A stretch of 63,913 nt of DNA from Octopus bimaculoides. Its lineage: Eukaryota. How positions within the stretch are numbered: position 1 is the first letter of the stretch; each line of letters begins with the position of its first letter. This document shows positions 13,077 to 25,853 of this stretch, in pieces. The notes below the pieces were generated by a model that was not told the origin of the DNA, did not search any database, and worked only from the letters and a program-made list of their open reading frames with translations. The stretch covers positions 90,429,292-90,493,204 of the forward strand of contig NC_068990.1 in assembly GCF_001194135.2 (NCBI RefSeq). Reading direction: 5' to 3'. A program made the position numbers and the translations under genes.

Positions 13077-13150
13077 ATTTCGTTACTTGTTTCAGTCATT
13101 TGACTGCGGCCATGCTGCAGCACAAATCGAACCCAGGACTTATTCTTTGT
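13077..13150 (-). mobile_element. SINE family B 3' fragment
   Basis: ttacttgtttcagtcatttgactgcggccatgctgcagcac is the reverse complement of the family B tail. Confidence 0.85.
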
Positions 13151-13546
13151 GGAAAATGTAGAAAAATGATAAAATGAAAAAATCTGAACAAGTGAAATTC
13201 AACAGCATCAGCACCAAACAGTGATTAAGCAAACAAATACTTCAGGTTGGTTAAAATACTTGTGAGAATTTTCAACTAACTTCTGAAGGAAAATTCACTG
13301 CAATTACTGTGCACGAAAGAATTCTCTCTTATGCTAAACGGCTTTAAAGCAACATATCTGCCCAGTTCTGCCCTCTATCGGATTCTCAAGCGGAGTGTTT
13401 CTGGCTTTTTAGTCTGCTTCAATAAAGACAATCTTGCGAGAAATACTCTGGAAACAGACGGATGAGGTGTCACATCAAGATTGGTGTGGAACATTTTCAA
13501 GAACATCGGTTCTAACAATAAAGTAGGACTTCACCGATCCTAGAAG

Positions 13547-13716
13547 CATGTTCCGGATTCAATCCCACTGTGTGGCACCTTGGGCAAATGTCTTTTACTA
13601 TAACCTCGGACCGACCAAAGTAGAAGACATTTGCCCAAGCTGCCACGCAGTGGGACTGAACCTGGAACCATGTGGTTGGGAAGCAAGCGTCTTACCACAC
13701 AGCCACGCATGCGCCT
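13547..13716. mobile_element. Two family B heads fused in opposite orientation (fold-back)
   Basis: catgttccggattcaatcccactgtgtggcaccttgggcaaatgtctt(t)tac is the reverse complement of gtagaagacatttgcccaagctgccacgcagtgggactgaacctggaaccatg, with few mismatches. Confidence 0.9.
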
Positions 13717-13769
13717 ATNNNNNNNNNNTCGTCTGAAAACCCTGAAGTATAATATAATTCACTCCTTTG

Positions 13770-13822
<53 letters not shown>

Positions 13823-14747
13823 TCTTCACTAAGCCATACGCCTTGCAAATGTTCTGGTATGTGAGTTTGTGCAGTTTCTTTTCTGAAGAAATCGATGTTA
13901 TGTAATCTTTATAGGGACCCAATGGTGTCTATAAGAAACAAAATGATTTTTGTCATATGATGTTTGTTGTAACATATAATTAATCCATTGTTCGTTAACG
14001 GATACAGATTAAGCAGCATCTTCTGTATTAATTACGATGCCGTTGGATAAACATTTGACTTTCGTATTTCTGTAGAGAGCGAAAACAAATCTACATCTGC
14101 AGACTTATTTACTTGGTATCGAACAAAACGTCCACCTGCATACATCAAACAATCTCTGTTTTATCTTGTAAAAGAAATAATACAATATACAAAGAGAGAC
14201 AGAGAAAAGCAATGTGCCACCGAATGACAATCAATAGAAACAATTTATGTTGCCGGAAATTTCCATTTGCTTACACCTGTCCGGCAAAATGAAGACAAGA
14301 TATAAAGAAGTAAAAAAAAATGAACCTGAATGTATAGTTTAATTACTACGAGTTCCATTGGTTTTAGTTATCTCAGGAGTTTTAACGAGATACAAAGAGA
14401 CGGAAAGTTATGGACGGGGAAGGCAGAAGCGATTGCTATTATACGCCAAATCGAGATTTGATTACATTCTGACAATAGCTGCTGCTGCCATATCGAATGT
14501 TAAGTGGAATCGAGCTAGCAGTGATCTATTGTTGGAAATTTATTCAAGACAAACCTAACCGGACGGTCACAATATGAAGAATGCTAATCCGGGGGTGGTT
14601 TAAATGTGTTGTTTTAAATAGGGACGTACCTTCAAATCTTGAAAACAACAAGAAGCGGCGGATTTCTTGAGAAAAACTACTTCGACGTCGTATATAGAAT
14701 GCCCATCAGCTGTAATTAGTATATGTACATACATGTGTGTGTCTGTG

Positions 14748-14793
<46 letters not shown>

Positions 14794-14850
14794 CAATGAG
14801 GAGAGAAAAAGAAAAACACACACATACACATACATACATACGTATATTAC

Positions 14851-14886
<36 letters not shown>

Positions 14887-15003
14887 TGGTCTTTGTATAT
14901 AGTGACATCTTGGTCTTTATATTTTTCTATAGCTTCAAAGTGGGCGCAAGATTTGACACTGAGAATGCGCAGAGGGAAGTTGTGTGTAAACGGATTGTGT
15001 CTA

Positions 15004-15130
15004 CAGGGTGTCCACAAAGTCTCGGAACATGGAGTAAATAAAATCATAACATAAACAATTAAATATAAAAAATAACAATTTCTTAAAGTATGTATTAATC
15101 CCCTTGTACCCAGACTTTGTGGACACTCTG
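15004..15130. mobile_element. Tc1/mariner-type MITE with TA target-site duplication
   Basis: TA|CAGGGTGTCCACAAAGTCT ... AGACTTTGTGGACACTCTG|TA. The 19-bp TIRs have one mismatch. AT-rich interior, 127 bp total. Confidence 0.88.
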
Positions 15131-15145
15131 TATAATTTAAATGCC

Positions 15146-15235
15146 CAACCTTGTCATACGATGTGTCACCCTGATTCTCTCTGACGATTACATTATCAGT
15201 ACACGTGCCTGTGGAATATTCAGCCATTGACATGC
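15146..15235 (+). mobile_element. SINE family C internal fragment, degenerate
   Basis: ccttgtcatacgatgtgtcaccctgattctctctg...gtacacgtgcctgtgg aligns with 15651-15715. Confidence 0.7.
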
Positions 15236-15424
15236 CATTTCAATGAGTAGAAACACCAATTGATCGAACACTTGAATCTGTTGTGTACCCAATATGATAA
15301 CAAGTTACCCTGATTAATCCAGAGAGCGGTTTCATGCACATTTTCGCTGCTTTGTCCTCATAAATTAAACATTATTTTCCTCCTCTTGTGTCTCGTAATT
15401 TTGTAATTATTCTATACAGTAATT

Positions 15425-15810
15425 CGAGGAGGCGCAATGGCCCAGTGGTTATGGCAGCGGACTCACGCTCGTAGGATCGCGGTTTCGATTCCCAGACCGG
15501 GCGTTGTGAGTGTTTATTGAGCGAAAACACCTAAAACTCCACGAGGCTCCGGCAGGGTGTGGTGGCGAACCCTGCTGTATTCTTTCCGCACAACTTTCTC
15601 TCACTCTTTCTTCCTGTTGTCTGTTGTACCTGTATTTCAAAAGGGCCAGCCTTGTCATGCTCTGTGTCACGCTGAATCTCCCTGAGAACTACGTTAAGGG
15701 TACACGTGTCTGTGGAGTTCCCAGCCACTTGCACGTTAATTTCACGAGCAGGTTATTCCGTTGATCCGATCAACTGGAACCCTCGTCGTCGTAACCGACG
15801 GAGTGCCACG
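15425..15810 (+). mobile_element. SINE family C, full length with 11-bp TSD
   Basis: tRNA head ggcgcaatggcccagtggtt (A box) ... ggtttcgattccc (B box). Ends gtaaccgacggagtgccacg. Flanked by atacagtaatt at 15414-15424 and 15811-15821. Confidence 0.93.
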
Positions 15811-16692
15811 ATACAGTAATTTATATGCCTTCCATAAATGTCTTAGAACCTGCCTCCACATCTATGCGATTTGCAACATCACTCGTTTTTCATATAATGT
15901 TTTGTACTCCACCACATAATTCTTTGTAAGCACTTCATATTTCTATACGTCGAATGAATTGAATATAATTACTGTTAGTGAATAAATAACAAAAATATTG
16001 TTGCTGTTGTTGTTGTTGTCGCCGTCGTCATCATCATTGTTATCATCACCTTGTGGTATTCGTCATTTACATTGCTGTGTTTTGTTGTGGATGGTTTCAG
16101 CTTTAAAACATTTTCATAATTACCAATCAATAACAAACTAAATATCATTTCTATAAAATATTTTGAGACACGAAGACTCAATCACACACACACACACACA
16201 CACATCCCAGACAGGGATACGCCCACACGTAGATAGGCGATATAAAACATTTGAACCAAAATTTTGCACCGTATAAATTCTATTCGCTTTTGTTTTCAAT
16301 CCAAGCACTTTCATTGTTTGATTTTTCATACGAATTCAAAAATAATTTCTTTGCTTAAAATCTAGAGTGACAAAAATACTAATAAATGTATAAAACAAAA
16401 AAAAATCTTTTCAATTTGTAATAACATACATGGATTTTTATTCTATATATTTCAATGCAATTCGGTTTGTCAAAGATTTCTTATACTTCCGATTCTTATT
16501 TCTTACATTTATAATTCATTTGTCATATAATCATTTGGAACGTGAGGTTTTGTTAAGTTGAACTGTTTTTTCGGTTTATAACTGTTTATTTTGTTTCAGT
16601 CAACCTTTATTTTAGAATTTATTAGATCGATTAATTATTCAGAGACACTGTTCTTGAAATACAAAACTTGCGGGCGTTTATTATTGCCCACG

Positions 16693-16724
<32 letters not shown>

Positions 16725-17301
16725 ATATATNNNNNNNNNNNNNNNNNNNNNNNNNNNNNNNNNNNNNNNNNNNNNNNNNNNNNNNNNNNNNNNNNNNNNN
16801 NNNNNNNNNNNNNNNNNNNNNNNNNNNNNNNNNNNNNNNNNNNNNNNNNNNNNNNNNNNNNNNNNNNNNNNNNNNNNNNNNNNNNNNNNNNNNNNNNNNN
16901 NNNNNNNNNNNNNNNNNNNNNNNNNNNNNNNNNNNNNNNNNNNNNNNNNNNNNNNNNNNNNNNNNNNNNNNNNNNNNNNNNNNNNNNNNNNNNNNNNNNN
17001 NNNNNNNNNNNNNNNNNNNNNNNNNNNNNNNNNNNNNNNNNNNNNNNNNNNNNNNNNNNNNNNNNNNNNNNNNNNNNNNNNNNNNNNNNNNNNNNNNNNN
17101 NNNNNNNNNNNNNNNNNNNNNNNNNNNNNNNNNNNNNNNNNNNNNNNNNNNNNNNNNNNNNNNNNNNNNNNNNNNNNNNNNNNNNNNNNNNNNNNNNNNN
17201 NNNNNNNNNNNNNNNNNNNNNNNNNNNNNNNNNNNNNNNNNNNNNNNNNNNNNNNNNNNNNNNNNNNNNNNNNNNNNNNNNNNNNNNNNNNNNNNNNNNN
17301 N

Positions 17302-17354
<53 letters not shown>

Positions 17355-17448
17355 ATATACACATACAGAGAGAGACAGAGATATGTATATGTGTGTGTGA
17401 GGTCAGTGTGTGCTTGTATGTATGTACGCACGTATGTATGTACGTACG

Positions 17449-17482
<34 letters not shown>

Positions 17483-18399
17483 TGTGTAAATGAACCAAGA
17501 GGAAATTATATCTGGAAGGCCCTCCTCGGTAGTATTTGACCATCTGAAATTTCTAACTCGTATTTAGTCGTTAATATATGGAATTGCACTTCTTTTGTTT
17601 CTTTTGGTACTTTCTTGGGGGAGAAAAAAATGTGTTTTCTCCTGTAATGCAATCTCAGATCCTTCATCAGTAGATGTGAATCTTGTGCTCCTCAACCACT
17701 GCCGAGTGTTTTTCTTCTCCTTACCCGCTTCAGCTATTTTTTTCTATCCTGTTAATATTGCCTATAAAGTAACATAATTTCCCTCGCATCTAACCACATT
17801 TGTCAGCCATTTTTCTAGTTTAGTTCTTAGCGTTTTAAACACTTCTGTTCTTCATTCTGTTCACATTTTTATGTTTATTCAGCCTATACTAAATATGTGT
17901 TGGTACAGAATAAAGTGTTTTTGTTTTGCTCATATTTTGAAGCTATGTCTGTTAGTTTCTATTTATTCTTTACTTGATAACATTTTAATACTACAGTCGA
18001 TATTTTCTTTCAATTAAGTTTTAGAAAATCCTCATATCTATATATTCGTGGTTAGCATAATACTTCAGCCTCGCTTTTTATGGAGGGGATTCTAAATATT
18101 GCTTTTAAGCTTAAAGTATTAAAATAATATTTTTCTTGATATTTTTGGCTCTTTCTGTGTATTGTAAGATACCTGAGCATTAGAAATATCTAGAACAAGA
18201 CTAAATGTTTGTTTCGATGAGATCACGAGTTTTTCTTCATATGGTTTAATGTATAATTCAAAACATAAACCAAACAAGTTGTGGAAGGAACATAGATACT
18301 TTAAAATGTTAGAATGATTATATTAAGATATACTTTCAAATAAAGTCCATAACAAAAATGTATGGCCATCTATCTATCTATGTAAGCATACACACGCAT

Positions 18400-18450
<51 letters not shown>

Positions 18451-18639
18451 NNNNNNNNNNNNNNNNNNNNNNNNNNNNNNNNNNNNNNNNNNNNNNNNNN
18501 NNNNNNNNNNNNNNNNNNNNNNNNNNNNNNNNNNNNNNNNNNNNNNNNNNNNNNNNNNNNNNNNNNNNNNNNNNNNNNNNNNNNNNNNNNNNNNNNNNNN
18601 NNNNNNNNNNNNNNNNNNNNNNNNNNNNNNNNNNNNNNN

Positions 18640-18682
<43 letters not shown>

Positions 18683-20942
18683 CGACAAAAGAATGCATGA
18701 CACCTCGATATTATGTAAATTGATGAATTTATAAATATAATATGTGATATTTAGTTGGTTGTTATAATAAAACTCAGAGTTTCGGATACAGGGGCTGAAG
18801 TTTGCTCCGGCATCTCATCAGAACTAAGTATAAGTAATAATTTCCTTTTCTTTCTTGGCTGAGATGCTGAATGCCACTGACGGGTAATCGAGGTCACGTG
18901 GGAAGTGAAAGCTATTTTAAAGTCAAATAAGTTTTCTTTTTTTATCAAATAATATTGGTCCTAATGAATTACTTTCATACGAGTACCTAAAGCTATGTGT
19001 ATATGTGGATTTGCGTGTGTGGGAGTGCATAAGCAACAAATTAAATATTTCTTTCTTTGAATAGTTAAGAGACTATCCAACATATTGTTTAGAAATGGAG
19101 AGACTGTTAATAGAAAGAATTCCTTAAATTAAATAACTCTGCCCAAAGGAACATCAACAGTAAAAAAAATTGAAACAAAGTTGCTATGTCTTGAACACTC
19201 TCCATGAGATGGGATGAAGGCGTTAGGTTAGAAGTGTGTCCTTTATCTTCTGTACTTTCTGTATTTTTCTTTTGTTCCATTTTAACTCATCGAGAAGACA
19301 GGATTCCATTTGCATATTTTCTCTGACAGATTTCTTGTTCCCTATTCTACTAATCTTTTTATAATTCAATTCTCCACTGGAAACTTTTCATTATTATACA
19401 GACGTACTTCTAAGTATATCCTTTAAGTGTGAGAGTGTGTGTGTGTGTGTATGAATATGTATATTTATGTAACGGTGCATACGTATATTTGTCTGTGTAC
19501 TTGTACATATCAGTGGCATGTGTGTTTGTATATATATATNNNNNNNNNNNNNNNNNNNNNNNNNNNNNNNNNNNNNNNNNNNNNNNNNNNNNNNNNNNNN
19601 NNNNNNNNNNNNNNNNNNNNNNNNNNNNNNNNNNNNNNNNNNNNNNNNNNNNNNNNNNNNNNNNNNNNNNNNNNNNNNNNNNNNNNNNNNNNNNNNNNNN
19701 NNNNNNNNNNNNNNNNNNNNNNNNNNNNNNNNNNNNNNNNNNNNNNNNNNNNNNNNNNNNNNNNNNNNNNNNNNNNNNNNNNNNNNNNNNNNNNNNNNNN
19801 NNNNNNNNNNNNNNNNNNNNNNNNNNNNNNNNNNNNNNNNNNNNNNNNNNNNNNNNNNNNNNNNNNNNNNNNNNNNNNNNNNNNNNNNNNNNNNNNNNNN
19901 NNNNNNNNNNNNNNNNNNNNNNNNNNNNNNNNNNNNNNNNNNNNNNNNNNNNNNNNNNNNNNNNNNNNNNNNNNNNNNNNNNNNNNNNNNNNNNNNNNNN
20001 NNNNNNNNNNNNNNNNNNNNNATATATATATATATATAAGTGGTCCATGGCCACACACACATGCACATCCACGTACACTCGTTCATCCAAACTTACATAT
20101 AGATGCATAATGCCACCCATGCAAACTGCTTCCAAGAACTTTTTCTTCCCCAAAATTCTTTCTTAGCAGAGACAAAGACACACACAAAGAACTAGATAAT
20201 AGGATTGAAGCCGTATTTCGTTTCCGTAGAAAAATGACATTTTCTTTTTTTACATCTGTATTAAATGAAAAATACATAACCATCATTATTTCTAATTATT
20301 TTCTTTTCACCATTAATAATATATTTATGCTTATAAGTATGTTCTCTTCTATTTTTAATCATCTGAAGTCTTCCTGTCAGGTTGGAACTGGTTTCTAGCA
20401 AAGATAGAACGCTACATCATAAGGATGTAGGTAACAAAATTCCATCGCATTTCAAACTTAAGAAAAGGCGTCCTTGTACCGTTTGCAACTTGTATTTGTA
20501 ACTTAATTAGGAAATCAACTTCAGCAATTATTATTGGCATAAATATGAATGTATTACCTGTGTATGGAAGCTGAATGTTTCGAAGCATTTGTCTATAGCT
20601 ATCGATGTGTTTTAGTGATAACGTCGTCTCGTGTGGAGAGGCAAATGACTAGATTACATTGTTGGGCAGCTGTTGAACGCATGTGACGTGACTTCGACAG
20701 AAATATGACATAATCGACACTTTCAATGACGTGTTGGGGGTTCAAACGTGCAGGATTCGAAGTGTAATGTGATGTAGCATTCACCAGTGCCAGAAAAGTT
20801 GCACCTCGCGTCGATATTACTGTCTTCTTCAAGTCTTCAGAAAACATAACCTCGCTAATGTTTTTTAGCATATAGGCTGCTTGACATATAGTTCTTCTTT
20901 GAGGTGTGTCATTCCAGCGGTTTGGTAGTCGTATGAGAGGCT

Positions 20943-21046
<104 letters not shown>

Positions 21047-21303
21047 TTTCTGAGGTTTCGTTGCCTTTCCATGCTTCGCTTTAGTATATGTTCTGACGAA
21101 GCGATTATAGCCCCGGAATATACGTTGCCTTCTTTGCTCCACCTTTTTTTTGTATTTCACTTTATATCTTTCCATATTGTCCTGGCTTTATTTTAAGTCT
21201 TTTACTCTGTGCGTGTATTTCTCCCCCCCCTCTCTCTCTCTCTCTTTATATATATATATATATATACATATAAATAACCTCCTAAGAACAAATATTTATA
21301 TAA

Positions 21304-21337
<34 letters not shown>

Positions 21338-21849
21338 GTGTATGTACGTTTATGATTACCTGTATATGTGCGTGTTTGTATGCTTGTATGTATGTGTTAG
21401 ATATCATCAGTTAGAATATACATCTCTTACTTCACTTTATTTCACTTATTGTTATTACAGATAAATAGAATTTTAAAAAAAGAATAAGAAGTCACGTCTC
21501 ATATAAAGATAATGGAGATTAAAACAATTATCAAATGTCCAATGATACAGTAGGTATGAAATTTTATATAACAGTTACATAGATTAAAAGCGTATCCGGA
21601 ATACAGGTATTAATATCATGATTGTGGCAGCGAAAATATAAACAAAACCAGTGTTAAATGTATGATATACCAGCTCAAATGCAATGTTTTCAAATGTATA
21701 ATATATTCAAGGGACTTCATAAAATTTCTTCAACCTTTGATAATACATAATCATATTTCAACAACAACGATAAAAAAAACAATCAACAAAAAACAACAAT
21801 AATAATAATAATGATGATGGTGATAATAATAATAATAATAATAATAATA

Positions 21850-22030
21850 ATCCCTTCTGTTTTAGGTACAAGGCCTGAAATTTAGAGGAAGGAACTAGTC
21901 GGTTACATCGACCCCGAAAAGATGAATGTCAGATATGACCACGGCGGCATTTGAACTCGTATCGCAAAGATTGACTAAATACTGCAAAGCATTTTGCCCA
22001 GTGTAGTAATGATTGTGCCAGATCACCGCC
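21850..22030 (-). mobile_element. SINE family A, degenerate
   Basis: aggtacaaggcctgaaattt ... catcgacccc ... gcggcatttgaactcgt ... agcattttgccc matches reverse-complement family A. Confidence 0.75.
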
Positions 22031-22036
22031 TTAATA

Positions 22037-22071
<35 letters not shown>

Positions 22072-22091
22072 CATAATAATAATAATAATAA

Positions 22092-22315
22092 TGGAAGAAA
22101 GAAAAGTTGACAGAGATAACAGGTTAGCTTGGGAGGTTAAGCAGTTGTGGTCGCTGAAAAAGGTGGTAGTAGTACCAATAATTGTCGGAGCCCTTGGAAC
22201 AGAGAGTAAAAATCTAGAGAAGTACATGACACAAATAGGGGTAGGGGCTTGCAATAAGAGTGGAGCACTTGCGGAAAACAGCATTGCTTGAAACCGGTCG
22301 AATACTCCGGAAGGC
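22092..22315 (+). mobile_element. 3' fragment of an R4/Dong-like (restriction-like endonuclease) non-LTR retrotransposon inside (TAA)n
   Basis: Translates LAWEVKQLWSLKKVVVVPIIVGALGTESKNLEKYM, then (frameshift) EHLRKTALLETGRILRK. This is the typical RLE C-terminus. (TAA)n on both sides. Confidence 0.8.
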
Positions 22316-22390
<75 letters not shown>

Positions 22391-22862
22391 AATAGTAATA
22401 ATGATAATATTGACTCAAGTTTATAACACTTAGGTTTGGCACAATTGGTTAAGCTCAAATGCAGTTCTAGATTAGTACTTTGTTTTACCGACCCCATAAA
22501 AAATATAAAGCGAAATAATCTAGGATGTAGAGTCTAACACACTAAATTATTTTCGTTTCTCTTACGACTCGACTAGTCTACCGTACATGATCTATGGATG
22601 ACTCTCATTGCATATAATACTCAGGTTGGCATATGACCATCATTCTGTTGCAGTATCAGAGTGGGATTAATCATCGACCCCAGTATATAATTAGGAATCA
22701 TTCCACCAAGCTAAGAGGCATAAAATCTGACTGTTTTAGCAGATGTATGATATTTATTGGACTCGTTTGTTTGCGTAACGTTGTATTAATAGTGATGTAC
22801 GTGGAATATGTATTGTCCTTATATTAAGAAAAGCATATTTAACATCTCTTCTATGTAAGTCC

Positions 22863-22898
<36 letters not shown>

Positions 22899-23232
22899 GC
22901 TAGTATTGTTGTTTTTGTTGTTGTTGTTTTGCTGTTTGTCATTATTAATCTTGAAGTCTAATTCTCGTAGCCAATAAAAGGCATCTTCTTCTTCCTTCTT
23001 CTCTACCACCCTCTCTTTCTCCTCTTCTTCCTCCTACTCCACCTACTCCACCTACTCCTCTTCCTCGTTCTCGTCCTCCTCCTTGTTATGTTTTCATATG
23101 CACGTATTTTAACATTCACTTAGCGCCTATCACTTTAGGAATTGCTCCTATTTTCAGAGCTCGCGTATTCACGTTATTATTGTTATTGTTGTTGTTTTGG
23201 TGATGTTGTTACTGCTGCCTGCACAACCGCTG

Positions 23233-23311
<79 letters not shown>

Positions 23312-25473
23312 CACTATCATTATTCTTGGTATTTATATTACGGTTGATGTTCTTGTGTATATACAGCATCGCATGAGATTTTACTGTGTCGCCAGTTGCA
23401 CCTTTGCATTTCTGCGGTTCGTATGTCATTGTCCATTGGAGGAGCAGAATGGTGTTTGTGTGTGCAAACTACGTTTTGCTTCACTATGAAACGTCTTCTG
23501 TTGTATTGTGACGTAACGTTCTTGATTCATATCTACTGCAGACGTTGTATTACATGAGTTAATGTCGGATGGTGATTTTGAACGGTTATGTACCGGGTCA
23601 AATGTGTAACGTGACAGGGTTTCGGGTGTACAGAATGTGAGTTGAGTGAAAGGCTCATGTTAGAATGTTGGGTAAGGAATATGAACGGTAAATGTTTGTG
23701 ATATCTTATTGGCTGTTGATAGTTTTATGTATGTGTTGTGTGCAGAAAATATATTTTGAAGCTGTGTAATTGAATGTTGGCCTGTGCCGACTAGGGGCAT
23801 GCATGTTTTGGACTCAGTACAACATGGTCAGCAGGGGTATGGTGGGAGATTAACTTAGCGCAAACAAAGGGTGATTTTTAATTATTCACAGAGAGAATTT
23901 TGAATGAAAATCCAACCTATCTATGAATAGATGTAGTTGTCATCAAAAAACGAGTGTCTTCCTAATCTGTAAACCCGAGGACAAGAGGGGGTGACAGACC
24001 ATTTTCGTGCACCATACTACAGCCCATAGGTTCATGCCACAATGCATGTTCGTGTGTAATATAAGTGTGATACTTATGAGCGAGAATGGCAGTGATATTG
24101 AGCTTTGATCTCGCGGTGTGATCCACTTTGTACAATATTCGTACAGAGACTATGCAAAGCTCTAAGTGGTCGGTTGAAATGTGTATGAAATTCTAAGTCC
24201 TGATTATAAGTCCTAATTACTGCCCAAAACCACAGGACAATTACGGAGCTGCGCATCGTTGTGAACATCGAATGAAAAGAATGGAACTGGGGGTACATGA
24301 CAAAAAATCCAGCTGTCAGACTCTGGCAGTAAGATACATATGAATGATGTCTGCCTTAACGAGTATAAACGCAGAGAAAGACGGAAAATGACGACCAGAA
24401 GCAGATTAGCAACAGCAGCAGTAGATCCCGTAGGCTTTTCTCCCGACAGCGCAACTAGTTTCACACCACCGTATACAGTTATCAGGTTGACAGAGAAATG
24501 GTTCATCGTTAGGACTTAAACAGACGAACTGAAGAACTCATCACCAGTCAAAACACGTAGAGCCATTCATTTCAACGTCTTGCTAAATTGGAAGAACGTG
24601 GACAGGAAAAGAATCTGTCCAAAGAAATGCGATCCTCAAACGAGAACAAATATTAATTGGGAGGAAGGTTCCTCTTCTCTGGCACATGTTTTTCTGCAGA
24701 TGCTCAAAGCACTAAAGCTTTCATAGTAAAACAGATAACTTGGATCACATAGATAAAGGCAAGCCGCAAATGCGAGACGCGGAAAGAACGCCGGAAAAAT
24801 TCAAAATACAGCTGAACGATAAAATGCAGGTGATGACCACAGCTCTTTAAATATGATAATGTAAGAAATGTATACTCAGAAGAAATGGGCTTCCACATAC
24901 CACGTCGAACCCCAAAATAGTTTACGAGTACCTTTGAGTAAACTAAGTTTCAATATAAGAATAGTGGAAGGCAGAGAGAGAGAACGGGAGAGAGAGCAAA
25001 GGTAAGCAAGTAGCACAAGGAGGAGCTCATCTCACCCTCACGTAGAACTTAAATTTGCTTTTTCTGATGAAACAAACGAGCTACTGATGGAATCACCAAA
25101 AGTACAGACGGAAATATTTGCAATGTTTAGATTGCGGGGTAGTTCGGGTCAAGAATTGAGGAACCCATTCATGATAGTTTACTAATATACTTCTTGTAGG
25201 ATGTTGACCAGTCCGAAGCAAGATCTGGAGAATTCTCAAACGATGAAGGGTAGGTCAGTCTATCTGCTGTTTATGCTTTTAAATTTGAATGTTCTTTTAA
25301 TTTCTGTGCTCCAATAATATCAAATTTAAAAGATGCCCTTAAGAATATATTATAAAGTATTTATTCCACCTTTTATTTTTATATAACATTGTAACCCTAT
25401 TTTTCTTTTATATGCGTAACTGGGCACCCGTGGGGAAAGGCAGAAATTGCTATTGTTATTGTTGATGTAAATT

Positions 25474-25795
<322 letters not shown>

Positions 25796-25797
25796 AA

Positions 25798-25853
<56 letters not shown>

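Noticed and set aside
15430-15500. tRNA-like sequence with A and B boxes
   Set aside because: It continues into a 385-bp TSD-flanked repeat and lacks a proper cloverleaf, so it is a SINE head, not a tRNA gene. The same holds for the family A and B heads.
18779-18821. Minus-strand CTGATGA...GAAAC hammerhead-like motif
   Set aside because: Stem II (gatgc/gtatc) is out of register by one base, and no convincing stems I or III are present.
20599-20871. 90-aa non-repetitive minus-strand ORF
   Set aside because: It has no recognisable motif or splice signals and its length is within chance expectation.
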